Below the pieces are notes generated by a model, which worked only from the letters and a program-made list of their open reading frames with translations, did no database searches and had not been told where the DNA came from. A program made the translations under genes and the position numbers. From positions 3,095-67,094 of the forward strand of contig JAFMHC010000001.1 of the NCBI GenBank assembly GCA_017854775.1: a stretch of DNA of 64,000 nucleotides, read 5' to 3'. Positions 9,176 to 20,760 of the stretch are shown piece after piece (position 1 is the first letter of the stretch; each line of letters opens with the position of its first letter). This DNA comes from Gammaproteobacteria bacterium. GTDB lineage: Bacteria; Pseudomonadota; Gammaproteobacteria; Arenicellales; Arenicellaceae.

Positions 9176-10693
9176 ATGACAGTTACTTGGAAAAACACGG
9201 TAAAGCATACAATCAAACGTGGCATTCATCCCTACCTCAACGGCGCGTGGGCCCCTATTTTTGATGAAGTAAACGCCACAGACATGGAGGTAATTGGCGA
9301 AATCCCGAAAGACATTGACGGCGTTTATATACGCAACACCGAAAACCCAGTGCATAAGCCGCTTGGGCATTACCACCCTTTCGACGGTGACGGCATGTTG
9401 CACTCAATGTCATTTAAAGACGGTAAAGCTGAATATCGAAACCGCTTTATTCGCACCAAGGGCTTTGACGCGGAGCAAGAGGCCGGTAAGGCACTCTGGA
9501 CTGGATTCGTAAACGACGCCAAATTATCAACAAGACCGGGTTGGGGCGCGCAAGAATATATTAAGGATTCAAGTTCCACAGACGTAGTCGTTCACGCTGG
9601 CCAAATACTCTCAACCTTTTGGCAGTGTGGTGAGGGTTATCGACTTGACCCTTACACCTTAGAGCAACACGGTACAGAATCGTGGGTTCCTGAAGAAGGC
9701 ATTTCAGCACATCCTAAAGTAGACGAAAATAGCGGCGAAATGATGTTTTTCAATTATTCGAAAAAGCCGCCCTATCAACACTACGGAGTGGTCAGCAAAG
9801 ACAACAAACTGGTGCACTACACACCTGTGCCGCTACCTGGCCCTCGCCTGCCACACGATATGGCGTTCACTGAGAACTATTCTATACTCGCCGATTTGCC
9901 ATTTTTTTGGAATCCAGAAAAATTAGCCCGCGGTAAGCACGTACCAACCTATTACCCTGACACGCCGACTCGCTTCGCGATTCTCCCGCGCTTTGGTAAT
10001 CAAGACGATGTTCAGTGGTTCGAGGCCGCACCGACCTATGTTTTGCACTGGATGAACGCCTATGAAGAAGGCGATGAAATTGTCTTAGACGGCTATTTTC
10101 AAGATAAGCCTGATCCAGCTCCGATGCCAAAAATGCCAAAAAATGCAGGCAAATTCATGGCTGGCTTAGATCAACAATCATTTCAATCTAAGCTGCATCG
10201 CTGGCGCTTTAATCTAAAAACCGGTGAAACTAAAGAACAGCGCTTAAGCGAGCGTGTACTGGAGTTTGGTACTTTTAACCAAGCATACGCTGGCAAAAAA
10301 GCACGCTATCTTTATTCTACCTATAGCAAGCCAGGCTGGTTTTTATTTGCCGGCATTGTTAAACACGACCTAGAAACCGGCGAGACAAGCGAGCTCTACT
10401 TTGGCAGTAAACGTTATGGCAGCGAAGCTCCGTTTGTGCCGCGCATTAACTCGCAAAGTGAAGACGATGGCTATTTGGTAAGCTTTATAACGGACACCAA
10501 GCTAAATCGCTCTGAATGCGTGTTAATTGATGCTCAAAATATCGAGGCGGGGCCGGTCTGCAGCATTATTTTACCGCATCGAATTGCCAGTGGAACCCAT
10601 GCTACTTGGGCTGATGGGCCGACTATTCGGACCACCCAAGAGCGCCAAACTCCGCCGCGCGATACAGCACAATATTCGGCTAATAAGGGCTAG
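9176..10693 (+). CDS. carotenoid oxygenase / lignostilbene dioxygenase family protein
   Basis: YHPFDGDGMLH, SAHPKVD, RLPHDMAFTENY, YVLHWMN, GSEAPFVPR and GTHATW motifs; all four Fe-binding His are present. Confidence 0.93.
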   Translation: MTVTWKNTVKHTIKRGIHPYLNGAWAPIFDEVNATDMEVIGEIPKDIDGVYIRNTENPVHKPLGHYHPFDGDGMLHSMSFKDGKAEYRNRFIRTKGFDAEQEAGKALWTGFVNDAKLSTRPGWGAQEYIKDSSSTDVVVHAGQILSTFWQCGEGYRLDPYTLEQHGTESWVPEEGISAHPKVDENSGEMMFFNYSKKPPYQHYGVVSKDNKLVHYTPVPLPGPRLPHDMAFTENYSILADLPFFWNPEKLARGKHVPTYYPDTPTRFAILPRFGNQDDVQWFEAAPTYVLHWMNAYEEGDEIVLDGYFQDKPDPAPMPKMPKNAGKFMAGLDQQSFQSKLHRWRFNLKTGETKEQRLSERVLEFGTFNQAYAGKKARYLYSTYSKPGWFLFAGIVKHDLETGETSELYFGSKRYGSEAPFVPRINSQSEDDGYLVSFITDTKLNRSECVLIDAQNIEAGPVCSIILPHRIASGTHATWADGPTIRTTQERQTPPRDTAQYSANKG

Positions 10694-10747
10694 AGCAAAA
10701 GCACGTGCTTAACGGTTAGCGCTATACTACAACTGTATCGTATAGTT

Positions 10748-10766
10748 AAGTTTCATTGAAAAGGTT
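10748..10766 (+). promoter_or_regulatory. second copy of putative HxlR operator
   Basis: AAGTTTCATTGAAAAGGTT, 15/19 identical to 9083-9101, directly after TATAGT at 10741-10746. Confidence 0.5.
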
Positions 10767-10774
10767 TAGAAGTC

Positions 10775-12010
10775 ATGAGCAAATCTCGAATTTACATTCT
10801 CGGCGGCCATCGAAGCGACTTCGCTCGAAACTGGGTTCGTGAACAAAAATCAATCTTCGATCTATTTAGCGATTCAGTCAAAGGCGCGTTAAACGATACA
10901 AAACTTGACCCAGCTGACATCCAAGTCGGTCATGTGGGCAACTTCGTCTCTGCTTCCTATACCGGTCAAGCTCACTTAGGTGGCTTCTTCGGCCACGTTG
11001 ACCCAGCGCTAGCCTACTTACCGGCATCGAGTCACGAAGCTGCCTGCGCTTCAGGGTCGATGGCGGTGCTGGCGGCAATGGCCGATTTGGAGTCAGGTCG
11101 CTATGATCTTGCCTGCGTAGTCGGCATTGAGATGATGAAGGTGGCAGAACCAGCGGTAACAGGCGATCCGCTGGCTGGTGCCGCTTGGATTGGTAAGGAG
11201 TGGGTCGACTCAAAAGCCGTCTGGCCTTGTGCTTTCAGTGATCTAATTGACGAATATTCAGGCACCTTTGGGGTCTCAAAAACGCACCTAGAAGCAATCT
11301 CGGCTAAAAACTATGCAAATGCTAAACATAATCCTAACTCACAATCTCGCCATTGGGATATTAGCCCAGAAGCGTTTAGCGACAACGACGAGTTAAACCC
11401 GATTATCGCCGGTAACATCCGACGCTTAGACTGCGGCCAAATCACCGACGGTGCAGCAACCGTATTATTAGCAACCGCTGATCGAGCACAAGCCTACGCC
11501 AACGAACATGGCATCAGTCTCGACAGTATCCCCTACATAAAGGGCTGGGGACATATAAATGCACCGATGCAATTTAGCGAAAAGCGTCGCTTAGCTCAAG
11601 GTAAAGAGACGCTGTTGCCGCATGTGAAAACGCTATTCCAACAAACGCTGAAGCGAGCTGGCCTAGCTGGCATAGAACAGATCAGCGGCATGGAAGTTCA
11701 CGACTGCTTTAATATTACCGAATATATGATAGTTGACCACTCGGGTTTATACGCACCGGGGGAGGCTTGGAAAGCAATAGAAAACGGCGACACTCAAATT
11801 GATGGTAGATTACCAATCAACGCTAGCGGTGGCTTGATCGGCCAAGGTCACCCAGTTGGAGCAACCGGTATACGAATGTTATTTGATTGCGCCCAACAAA
11901 GCACTCATCGTTATGAGGGGCTGCAAATTGCAAATGCTGGCGATATGATGACGTTCAACTTAGGCGGCAGCACAACGACCTGTGCCAGCTTTATAGTCGG
12001 CACTGCCTAA
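10775..12010 (+). CDS. SCP2-type thiolase (acetyl-CoA acyltransferase family)
   Basis: EAACASG, EVHDCF, GHPVGATG and NLGGS motifs. Confidence 0.9.
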   Translation: MSKSRIYILGGHRSDFARNWVREQKSIFDLFSDSVKGALNDTKLDPADIQVGHVGNFVSASYTGQAHLGGFFGHVDPALAYLPASSHEAACASGSMAVLAAMADLESGRYDLACVVGIEMMKVAEPAVTGDPLAGAAWIGKEWVDSKAVWPCAFSDLIDEYSGTFGVSKTHLEAISAKNYANAKHNPNSQSRHWDISPEAFSDNDELNPIIAGNIRRLDCGQITDGAATVLLATADRAQAYANEHGISLDSIPYIKGWGHINAPMQFSEKRRLAQGKETLLPHVKTLFQQTLKRAGLAGIEQISGMEVHDCFNITEYMIVDHSGLYAPGEAWKAIENGDTQIDGRLPINASGGLIGQGHPVGATGIRMLFDCAQQSTHRYEGLQIANAGDMMTFNLGGSTTTCASFIVGTA

Positions 12011-12051
12011 ACAAAGCTGTGGGTTTATAGCCTTACGGCTAACGCCTAAGG

Positions 12052-12450
12052 TTAATAGCGCTTTTCGATTGGCTCAGTGCGCTCCCACTTAGCGCGCCCG
12101 CCTGGCTTCAGCCTAGTTCTTAGTTCGCCTGAACGGTCGATGTTCAACGTCGCCGAGCCAGGCTTGTCTGAGCCCACAGAAAACGTGTCTCCAGCCCAGC
12201 GGGCTCTTTTTTTGCTCACGCTCAGTACATTTTCAAAAATCTTGGTGCCTACCAATCCTGGGGCCCAGTCGTTGCGCATAACTTCTGCTTGGTAACCACT
12301 CTCGGATAGGGTGATCTCGATATATATCGACTCGCCAACTTGTTTCCAATAGCCATTTAGCGGATCATCGCCCTGTTGAGCAAGTGCGACACCTAGACCG
12401 CTGGCTAAACCTAAAACCAGTAAACAAAAACCATTCCATCTTGTGGCCAT
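12052..12450 (-). CDS. exported DUF2147-like protein
   Basis: Signal peptide, DPLNGYWK, C-terminal WER. Confidence 0.6.
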   Translation of the reverse strand: MATRWNGFCLLVLGLASGLGVALAQQGDDPLNGYWKQVGESIYIEITLSESGYQAEVMRNDWAPGLVGTKIFENVLSVSKKRARWAGDTFSVGSDKPGSATLNIDRSGELRTRLKPGGRAKWERTEPIEKRY

Positions 12451-12696
12451 AACTCTCCAACCCCGGCGCCCTAGTCATGCAGCGCATTTTTATATTTATA
12501 AACTCGTTATATTAGCAATAAACCGCAGTACCCGTTTCTGCGAAGCTTGTCGAGTTTCATTATTCAATACACTTTGCAGTTGATCGTTTTTAGTGTCAAT
12601 ACTTTAAACTGCTAAACTCAAGTTTCAACGTTCTGGCCGAACACGTTTTGGCTGATTGAGAATTATCGAGTCAAATAATTTATTCATGAGCATCCA

Positions 12697-13368
12697 CTAC
12701 AAAAGCCTAGTAGCACTAAAGTCTTGAGACGCGGCCAAACTTGAAAGCTCAGTAATTGCCTTGTTAACTATGATATCGCTCTCAACTGGACCGAGAAAGT
12801 CGCATACCAATACATACATCTGATGAGCCAAATCTTGGCAGTCTTCAACACTAACGGTTGGATCAAAGTGAATTGCATTCAACCCGTCTGACGCCCAATT
12901 GGCTACCACATCGGGCATCGAACTCAAGCCCTCGTCGGCGACAGCTTTGACCAACTCGCGATGATTACTGGCATCTGCACGTTTTATATATTGAGAAACA
13001 AGCTGGAGATAACGAGCAGTAACCTGCAAATGCGCCGGTAAACGTTCCAAACTTCCCTCTTCTGCGGCAGGTTCATCGGCACTCAGCGGGGTGCTCTGCT
13101 GCGGTAATATGTACGGCGGCACCGGCTTTAGATCGTCATACAGGCGCGACGATGCACTGTGCAAACCAATCATTAGCCCCTTTTTTTCGTTGACGCCAAG
13201 GCCCAGGTACTCTACCAGCTCGGCAACAACTTCAAACACATCCAGCGGCACAGTTGAGTACTTATCATGCCAATGGGAAAAGGCAGATTTAATCATATTT
13301 CGGTCATCACTCATGCGCGCAAGCCCGGCGTACACAATGCGCTGATTCAACTCGATAGTAGTAGCCAT
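12697..13368 (-). CDS. hypothetical protein, last gene of the kinase-CheX-Amt operon
   Basis: 223-aa soluble ORF, 16 bp downstream of amt. Confidence 0.75.
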   Translation of the reverse strand: MATTIELNQRIVYAGLARMSDDRNMIKSAFSHWHDKYSTVPLDVFEVVAELVEYLGLGVNEKKGLMIGLHSASSRLYDDLKPVPPYILPQQSTPLSADEPAAEEGSLERLPAHLQVTARYLQLVSQYIKRADASNHRELVKAVADEGLSSMPDVVANWASDGLNAIHFDPTVSVEDCQDLAHQMYVLVCDFLGPVESDIIVNKAITELSSLAASQDFSATRLL

Positions 13369-13384
13369 AATTTAACCCCAGCTC

Positions 13385-14692
13385 CTATTGATCGGCTTTA
13401 ATATGAGTAATCACAAAATCGCTATAACCCACTTCTTTGTGCTCACTAATATCTAAACCCCTTTGCTCCATTTTGGTGGAAACACGAAGCTTCATGACTT
13501 TGTTCAAACCAGCAAAGACGATTAACGATGCCCCAAGAGCCCATACCAGCGCAGCAACAATGCCAATTACTTGGGCCATTATTCGCTCTACATTAAACAT
13601 ATCGCCTTGATAAAATAAACCGATAGCGAGTGTTCCCCAAGCGCCACAAAAGCCATGCACCGAGACCGCTCCAACGGCGTCGTCGATACGAAATCGATTT
13701 AATACTTCGGCCGACGATACAACTAAAGCACCGCCGATAAGGGCAGCAAAAAAAGCCATGCCCGGGGCTAACGCGTCAGCCCCAGCGGTAACTGACACCA
13801 ATCCACCTAAACAACCGTTGACGATCATCGTCATGTAAAACCCACGCTTAGTAATCACTAACCATGCCAATGCGCCACAGATGCCGCCAATAGCGCCAAG
13901 ATGCGTGTTTAGTAAAATTTTGCCGAGATTAGAAAAATCACTATTAACCGACCCACCGTTAAAGCCAAACCAGCCAAACCATAAAATGAAGCCACCCAAG
14001 GCTACGAATGGCAAGCTATGACCAGAGATCTTGTGCACGTCTCCTTTACGACTAAAGCGCCCAGTTCGGGGACCAATGATAATCAGTGCACCAAGCGCAC
14101 ACCAACCACCGACCGAGTGGACTACGGTGGCGCCAGCAAAGTCTACAAAGCCCAGGTCTCGCAGCCAACCAAGGTTATCACCACTACCGCCCCAAGCCCA
14201 GGAACCGAACACCGGATAGATCACCGAGGTGACCAAGAACGCGCCAATGATATATGGCAGAAAACTGAACCGCTCAGCAACCGCACCCGACATTATAGTG
14301 GCCGCCGTGGCGGCAAACATCATTTGATAGAGTAAATTTAAACTTTCGCCGGTGGTTTCATAGGCTGGAAAAAACGAAGATGTTCCAAACCAACCGGACT
14401 CGTTCGCGCCAAACATCAAGCCAAAACCAAACACCCAATAACCGACTGTGCCTAAACCGACGTCGGTAAAGTTTTTTAAGATTACGTTAACCGCGTTCTT
14501 AGACCGCACCATGCCGCCCTCTACAAGCAGGAATCCGGCTTGCATGATTAAAATCATGGCGCAGCAAATGGCTATCCAGATATAACTAAGCACCTGCAAG
14601 GGATCAGCGGCTTGAACGTCAAGCTCCTGCGCGGACGTTAGTGAGGGCAATGTTAACGACAAAACACTTGCTAGGATTATAATATTTCGCAT
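13385..14692 (-). CDS. amt: ammonium transporter (Amt family)
   Basis: DFAGATVVHSVGG, WFGWFGFNGGS, DDAVGAVSVHG and EQRGLDISEH motifs; signal peptide. Confidence 0.95.
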   Translation of the reverse strand: MRNIIILASVLSLTLPSLTSAQELDVQAADPLQVLSYIWIAICCAMILIMQAGFLLVEGGMVRSKNAVNVILKNFTDVGLGTVGYWVFGFGLMFGANESGWFGTSSFFPAYETTGESLNLLYQMMFAATAATIMSGAVAERFSFLPYIIGAFLVTSVIYPVFGSWAWGGSGDNLGWLRDLGFVDFAGATVVHSVGGWCALGALIIIGPRTGRFSRKGDVHKISGHSLPFVALGGFILWFGWFGFNGGSVNSDFSNLGKILLNTHLGAIGGICGALAWLVITKRGFYMTMIVNGCLGGLVSVTAGADALAPGMAFFAALIGGALVVSSAEVLNRFRIDDAVGAVSVHGFCGAWGTLAIGLFYQGDMFNVERIMAQVIGIVAALVWALGASLIVFAGLNKVMKLRVSTKMEQRGLDISEHKEVGYSDFVITHIKADQ

Positions 14693-14707
14693 GGTTATTT
14701 AGCCTTT

Positions 14708-15163
14708 TTATGCCTGATTTAAATTGATAATAAGATGCGCATTCATGCCTTTCCAGACTACTGGAATAACATAAATGCTGGCCACACTAGACACCCGTAG
14801 CTGCTCGCTCTTACCTTGTAAAACTATTGGGGTGGTGAGCATAAACTGATCGCCAAAAACGCTTCGAGCGTTACCAGCTATGGTGTTACTCACTTCTCCA
14901 ACTAGGTCCATCAACTTATCGTCGCGCGTTGTCATCAAACCAATTTCGGAGATGAGCTTGATGATCATTCGTTTCGGTGCAGTAAAAAAAACTGAGCCTT
15001 TATAGTTACCAGATATGCCGATAATGCCGGTGTAATCACTGAGGTATTTGTTCACGTCTTGAATTAAAAACGGCGTACTAACCTTGGCTTCTGTGCCGGT
15101 AGTTTTATCAAAATAGTTTGTTAAACCATCAATAAAAACTTCTAAATTTCCATCTTTCATCAA
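14708..15163 (-). CDS. cheX: CheX-family phosphatase
   Basis: YTGIIGISG and DLVGEVSNTIAGN (E-x-x-N) motifs. Confidence 0.92.
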   Translation of the reverse strand: MMKDGNLEVFIDGLTNYFDKTTGTEAKVSTPFLIQDVNKYLSDYTGIIGISGNYKGSVFFTAPKRMIIKLISEIGLMTTRDDKLMDLVGEVSNTIAGNARSVFGDQFMLTTPIVLQGKSEQLRVSSVASIYVIPVVWKGMNAHLIINLNQA

Positions 15164-15525
15164 ACGATGTCCTCAATTAATTCTTCTAATGCTTCTATTA
15201 GCTCTAAGTCTCTGAACGGCTTACATAGAAAACCATAGGCACCTAGGTGCATTGCTTGTATCAGTGTGCTTTTATCAGCCAAAGCAGACACTACTAGTAT
15301 TCTGACATCGGTATCTAAGGCTATTATCTGCCGAATAGTTTCTATGCCATCCATCAGAGGCATAGTTATGTCAAGAGTCATCACCCTCGGCTTGAGAAGC
15401 TTAAATTGTTCGACCGCTTCGACGCCATTTTGCGCCGTGCCGACTATTTCAAAGTCTTCATCTTTAAGGACATTTTGAATTTTTTCTCGGATGACCATAG
15501 AGTCATCTACTACCATAAATTTCAC
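15160..15525 (-). CDS. single-domain response regulator (CheY-like)
   Basis: VVDDS, LDITMP, VVSA and KPF receiver motifs are intact. Confidence 0.92.
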   Translation of the reverse strand: MKFMVVDDSMVIREKIQNVLKDEDFEIVGTAQNGVEAVEQFKLLKPRVMTLDITMPLMDGIETIRQIIALDTDVRILVVSALADKSTLIQAMHLGAYGFLCKPFRDLELIEALEELIEDIV

Positions 15526-15550
15526 TAGTAATAACCTCGCGTATAATGTG

Positions 15551-17524
15551 TTAAATGTGTGAAGTGTTTAATTCACGAGGCTTTGGGATAGAAACCTTAA
15601 ATTGACAAAATTGTCCATGCTTATGCTGCACGCCGACTTTTCCGCCAAGTTCCTTGGCCATAGTGTGAACAAGGTCTAAACCAACGCCTCGGCCGCCATC
15701 TAGATTGGCCTCTGAAAGGCGACTAAAGCTTGGTTGAAAAATCAGTTTAAACGCGTGATCAGGATTAATTCTATCGAGTTGCTCCGCTTTTATAATGCCT
15801 AGCTCGACAGCTCGGTCTAGAATTGCTTGGTTGTCAAAACCTTCGCCGTCATCCCTGACTAGCAAATTGTAGACCCCATCAATTTCGTTGATGCTTGCGG
15901 TAACGTTTATATAATCTGTTTTACCTGCTTGCACTCGCTCTTGAGGCGCCGTGGAGCCATGTACAATACTGTTTCTAACCAGTTGCACCGCCATGCTTTG
16001 AATTGGCGCTTGTAAAGTCACAGGTAGCTGATCCAAGGTCAGTCCATATGCGCTAAAGTGAGCCCGTTTACCGTTTCTGTCGCTGACCGTTTTTGCTAAG
16101 TCACTGAGTACATTAGCAAAGCCAGTCGGAGCCGGAGTCTCCTCAGTCGGTTCCAGCTCGGCATCTTCCTTAACGAGAAGATCTTGGGTTTGACCCTCAG
16201 CCAATTTCTCAAGCAAACTTTGCATGCGCTCTAGCTCAGTAAATAATGCCTTCAGTCTAGTAATTGCCGGCAATAGGGACTTACCGGTTAGAGTCTCACC
16301 ACTCGAAGTGACCTTAACAAGCTCTTCTTCGAGACTATGGGCGATGAACTCAAATTTATGTAGACCTAATGCCGATGCATCACCTTTTGCCTTATGAACG
16401 CTTCGAGAGATCTCGGCTATTTTATTGCGAATCTCTGCGTCACCATGCCCACGCTGCTCTAGCGTTGCGTTAACTCCGTTTAGATCTGACTCGGCTGAGT
16501 CAAAGAAAGCATTCAACTGGCGTCTATCAACTTGCAAGATACGCAATAAAAGATCTATCTGTGCCTCTTGCTCTTCTTTAGTATCGGCCAGTTCGCGCTC
16601 TAAGAGAACACGTCTAGTCTCGTCGGTAACGGATACCAACAGCTGCTTCAGTTCACCGCCTTCCATTACTCGATTAAATTTAAAATCAAGGTAACGACTC
16701 TCGTAACTGCCATCTCGGCGAACCAGGTTAACTTCTACTTCGATAAGAGGATTTAAATCCTTGATCAGCTTTTCTTTAACTCGATCACCGTACAACAGCC
16801 CTAAAAACTCACGTGCGGTTTGTACCGTGTGAGCCGAAACATACTGACCAATGAAATCGAAGAAGTTTCCGTCTAAGTCACGGTCGGTTTTAAACATTTG
16901 CTTCAAAGATGCCGATTGTTCCAAACCTATTTGATAGTCGTGATCGAGTAGAAATAAGCCCTCAGACACCGTGCTCATAATACCTTTTGTCTCATTGACT
17001 ACTTTGACTTCGATGTCTTCGTTATCAGACAGTCGTAAAATCATCGGTACAATCAATAATAGGTAGAGGGCAACAGCAATAAGCCCAGCAACTACCTGTA
17101 GATAGGTAATCAATTTTAACTTGCGCTCTAGACGCCGATCGATTGTCTCTGTTAATTTTTTCGCCGATTCGGAAGCAAGTTGATAGTTGCCAACTTTAAG
17201 CTGAGAAATAAGCTGATCTAGGGTAGAAGGCACTGGCGACAAAAACTCGGATAACGCATAGGTATTTAATGCCTTACCACCAATGCGCACCGACTGACCT
17301 GTGACGAACGACTCTAAGCGCCTAATAATATCGGCCGATTCTACGGGCTGTAAATTAGCCGAGACTCGATCGGTAACTTGCATCACCGCAAACGCATAGC
17401 GAGACTCTTTTTGAGCTGTTGACAATATCGCGAAGTTCAACAACAAATACAGCAAGAACGCTGCAACCAACCCAGCAGTTGCAAAGGTTATCCCTTTGAA
17501 CCGCAACATATTATTCAAGCCCAT
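15551..17524 (-). CDS. transmembrane CheA-like histidine kinase (2 TM, PAS-like, Hpt, HATPase; no CheW domain)
   Basis: Hpt motif VHKAKG; N box LVRNSIVHG; RDDGEG; GRGVGLDLV. The protein ends right after the ATPase domain. Confidence 0.88.
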   Translation of the reverse strand: MGLNNMLRFKGITFATAGLVAAFLLYLLLNFAILSTAQKESRYAFAVMQVTDRVSANLQPVESADIIRRLESFVTGQSVRIGGKALNTYALSEFLSPVPSTLDQLISQLKVGNYQLASESAKKLTETIDRRLERKLKLITYLQVVAGLIAVALYLLLIVPMILRLSDNEDIEVKVVNETKGIMSTVSEGLFLLDHDYQIGLEQSASLKQMFKTDRDLDGNFFDFIGQYVSAHTVQTAREFLGLLYGDRVKEKLIKDLNPLIEVEVNLVRRDGSYESRYLDFKFNRVMEGGELKQLLVSVTDETRRVLLERELADTKEEQEAQIDLLLRILQVDRRQLNAFFDSAESDLNGVNATLEQRGHGDAEIRNKIAEISRSVHKAKGDASALGLHKFEFIAHSLEEELVKVTSSGETLTGKSLLPAITRLKALFTELERMQSLLEKLAEGQTQDLLVKEDAELEPTEETPAPTGFANVLSDLAKTVSDRNGKRAHFSAYGLTLDQLPVTLQAPIQSMAVQLVRNSIVHGSTAPQERVQAGKTDYINVTASINEIDGVYNLLVRDDGEGFDNQAILDRAVELGIIKAEQLDRINPDHAFKLIFQPSFSRLSEANLDGGRGVGLDLVHTMAKELGGKVGVQHKHGQFCQFKVSIPKPRELNTSHI

Positions 17525-17888
17525 CTAAAACACCAAGAATTAGTTACTCTATTGAAATTTCAATCCAGTCTCTTTGTTATTTTTATACGGTGAAAAATCC
17601 TTTCGAAAATGTAGCCAATACCTCCTGAAAAAAGGAAATATAGACAATGTTTTACTCATCGATATCAACAACTGCTGTTTAAAAATCAAATAAATTAATA
17701 AGTTAGCGTAGTCTATTATTACAACTGCCGATAAAACAGGATCAAATGAGATTGAATTGTAATCTTTTGTTTCATGCAGTCTCAAAAAATCAGACCATCC
17801 CTTAACTTCACCTATTTACTAGACATTCGCGACAAAAGTGCTCTGAAAGCGACATCCATGCCTAACTTTAGTCTGATCGGTACAGAAG

Positions 17889-18281
17889 CTAGCGCTTTTC
17901 AAGTTTAAGATGCAATGCTTGAAGCCGCTCTTGGCCAATCACTCGAGCGCAGTGGCCATGGCTCTCATCAAAAACCACACCGCCTACTAAATAGTCTTCA
18001 GCGACAAACAAATCGCCAGCGGAAAACCGTTGAGCAGAACCATCGCGCAGTTGGATCTCTATCACACCTGTTAAAATAATTAACAGGGTGGGATCACCGG
18101 CAATATGCCAGTCAGACTGATACGGGGTGGTGCTAGAGCGCAGTCTGAAATTTAGTGCCGCCTGTTGCTCCGATAGCATCCAATTTGATGCACCGCTTAA
18201 CTCGATCTCACGAATGCCAAATACTGATCTACCGTAACCATCGTTGGTCACACTGGGTATTTTCTTAACTGATGTTTGCAT
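17889..18281 (-). CDS. cupin-domain protein
   Basis: DWHIAGDP...GVIEIQLRDG...GDLFVAED...GH pattern; start chosen at MQTS. Confidence 0.7.
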   Translation of the reverse strand: MQTSVKKIPSVTNDGYGRSVFGIREIELSGASNWMLSEQQAALNFRLRSSTTPYQSDWHIAGDPTLLIILTGVIEIQLRDGSAQRFSAGDLFVAEDYLVGGVVFDESHGHCARVIGQERLQALHLKLEKR

Positions 18282-18285
18282 GGTC

Positions 18286-18696
18286 TTAACGGCGACCATT
18301 TAAGTATTTTGGTAAACCGTCGTCAATCGATAGCCAATCAACCTTGGTGCCAGTATAAATATGCGCATCAGGCGAAAGCACCGGAGCCACGTCAAGGGTC
18401 GCTAGTGAAAACTCTACTAAATCGTTATCTTCTCCCGACTCAAAAACCAAACTGGAGCCACACTGCGAACAGAACTTACGTTTTGTACCGTTATCAGCGA
18501 CAAAAGTTTGTAATAAGTTCTCGCCCGTTAGCCAACGAAAATCCGTGCGGGCAACAGAACCAAACGTAGCGAAGGCCGCGCCATGAAATTTTCGGCACAT
18601 GGTGCAATGGCAATGCCCCATTTTGCCTGACAATTTATCGGCCTCATACTGAATGCCGCCACACAAGCATTGACCTTGATACGCCGCGTTGCTCAT
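18286..18696 (-). CDS. GFA/CENP-V family Zn-binding protein
   Basis: GQCLCGGIQY, CHCTMCRK and FCSQCGS motifs; start at MSNAAY. Confidence 0.92.
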   Translation of the reverse strand: MSNAAYQGQCLCGGIQYEADKLSGKMGHCHCTMCRKFHGAAFATFGSVARTDFRWLTGENLLQTFVADNGTKRKFCSQCGSSLVFESGEDNDLVEFSLATLDVAPVLSPDAHIYTGTKVDWLSIDDGLPKYLNGRR

Positions 18697-18806
18697 TTTA
18701 ATTCTCCTATAATTTGAGTCTACTTTTTCACTTTTAGCAGATTGAGGCAAGGGCTAATGTGGTTTTAGAGAAACCCTCAAGGTTATTTAGTAATCGCGCG
18801 CCCAAT

Positions 18807-18840
18807 AAAAAGCCCCGATCAGTATCCTGATCGAGGCTTT
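18807..18840 (-). terminator. groEL terminator
   Basis: AAAGCCCCGATCAG-tatc-CTGATCGAGGCTTT, with a U tract on the minus strand. Confidence 0.8.
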
Positions 18841-18916
18841 CTAAGCATTTGGATTGGAAAGTAGGTGGCCTAAAATCTGCTCACGCAACTATAAATCACG
18901 TCCCTTCCAAGCAGTA

Positions 18917-20572
<1,656 letters not shown>

Positions 20573-20598
20573 CTATAATTAATTTGTTAATTCTTGTA

Positions 20599-20624
20599 CG
20601 TGATCTCTACATGTAGGGATCACG
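20599..20624. repeat. 26-bp near-perfect palindrome in the groES-groEL spacer
   Basis: CGTGATCTCTACATGTAGGGATCACG; one mismatched pair. Confidence 0.8.
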
Positions 20625-20669
20625 ATTTTAATGAGGTCTAAGGCTTAAGATTTTGTTTTCAATCGAGGC

Positions 20670-20728
20670 GAATAAAAGCGCAGGGAGGGCGCGTGCGTTT
20701 TGCACGTAACCGACTGAGCATTTTATTC
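20670..20728. repeat. imperfect long inverted repeat (REP/ERIC/MITE-like)
   Basis: GAATAAAAGCGCAG...CGTGC-gtttt-GCACG...CTGAGCATTTTATTC. Confidence 0.55.
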
Positions 20729-20760
20729 AACGAAGAGTGAGAGCAAAAGCTTGGGCCGAC

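Noticed and set aside
17549-17785. 78-aa ORF upstream of the kinase operon
   Set aside because: AT-rich promoter-like region, no RBS, and low-information sequence.
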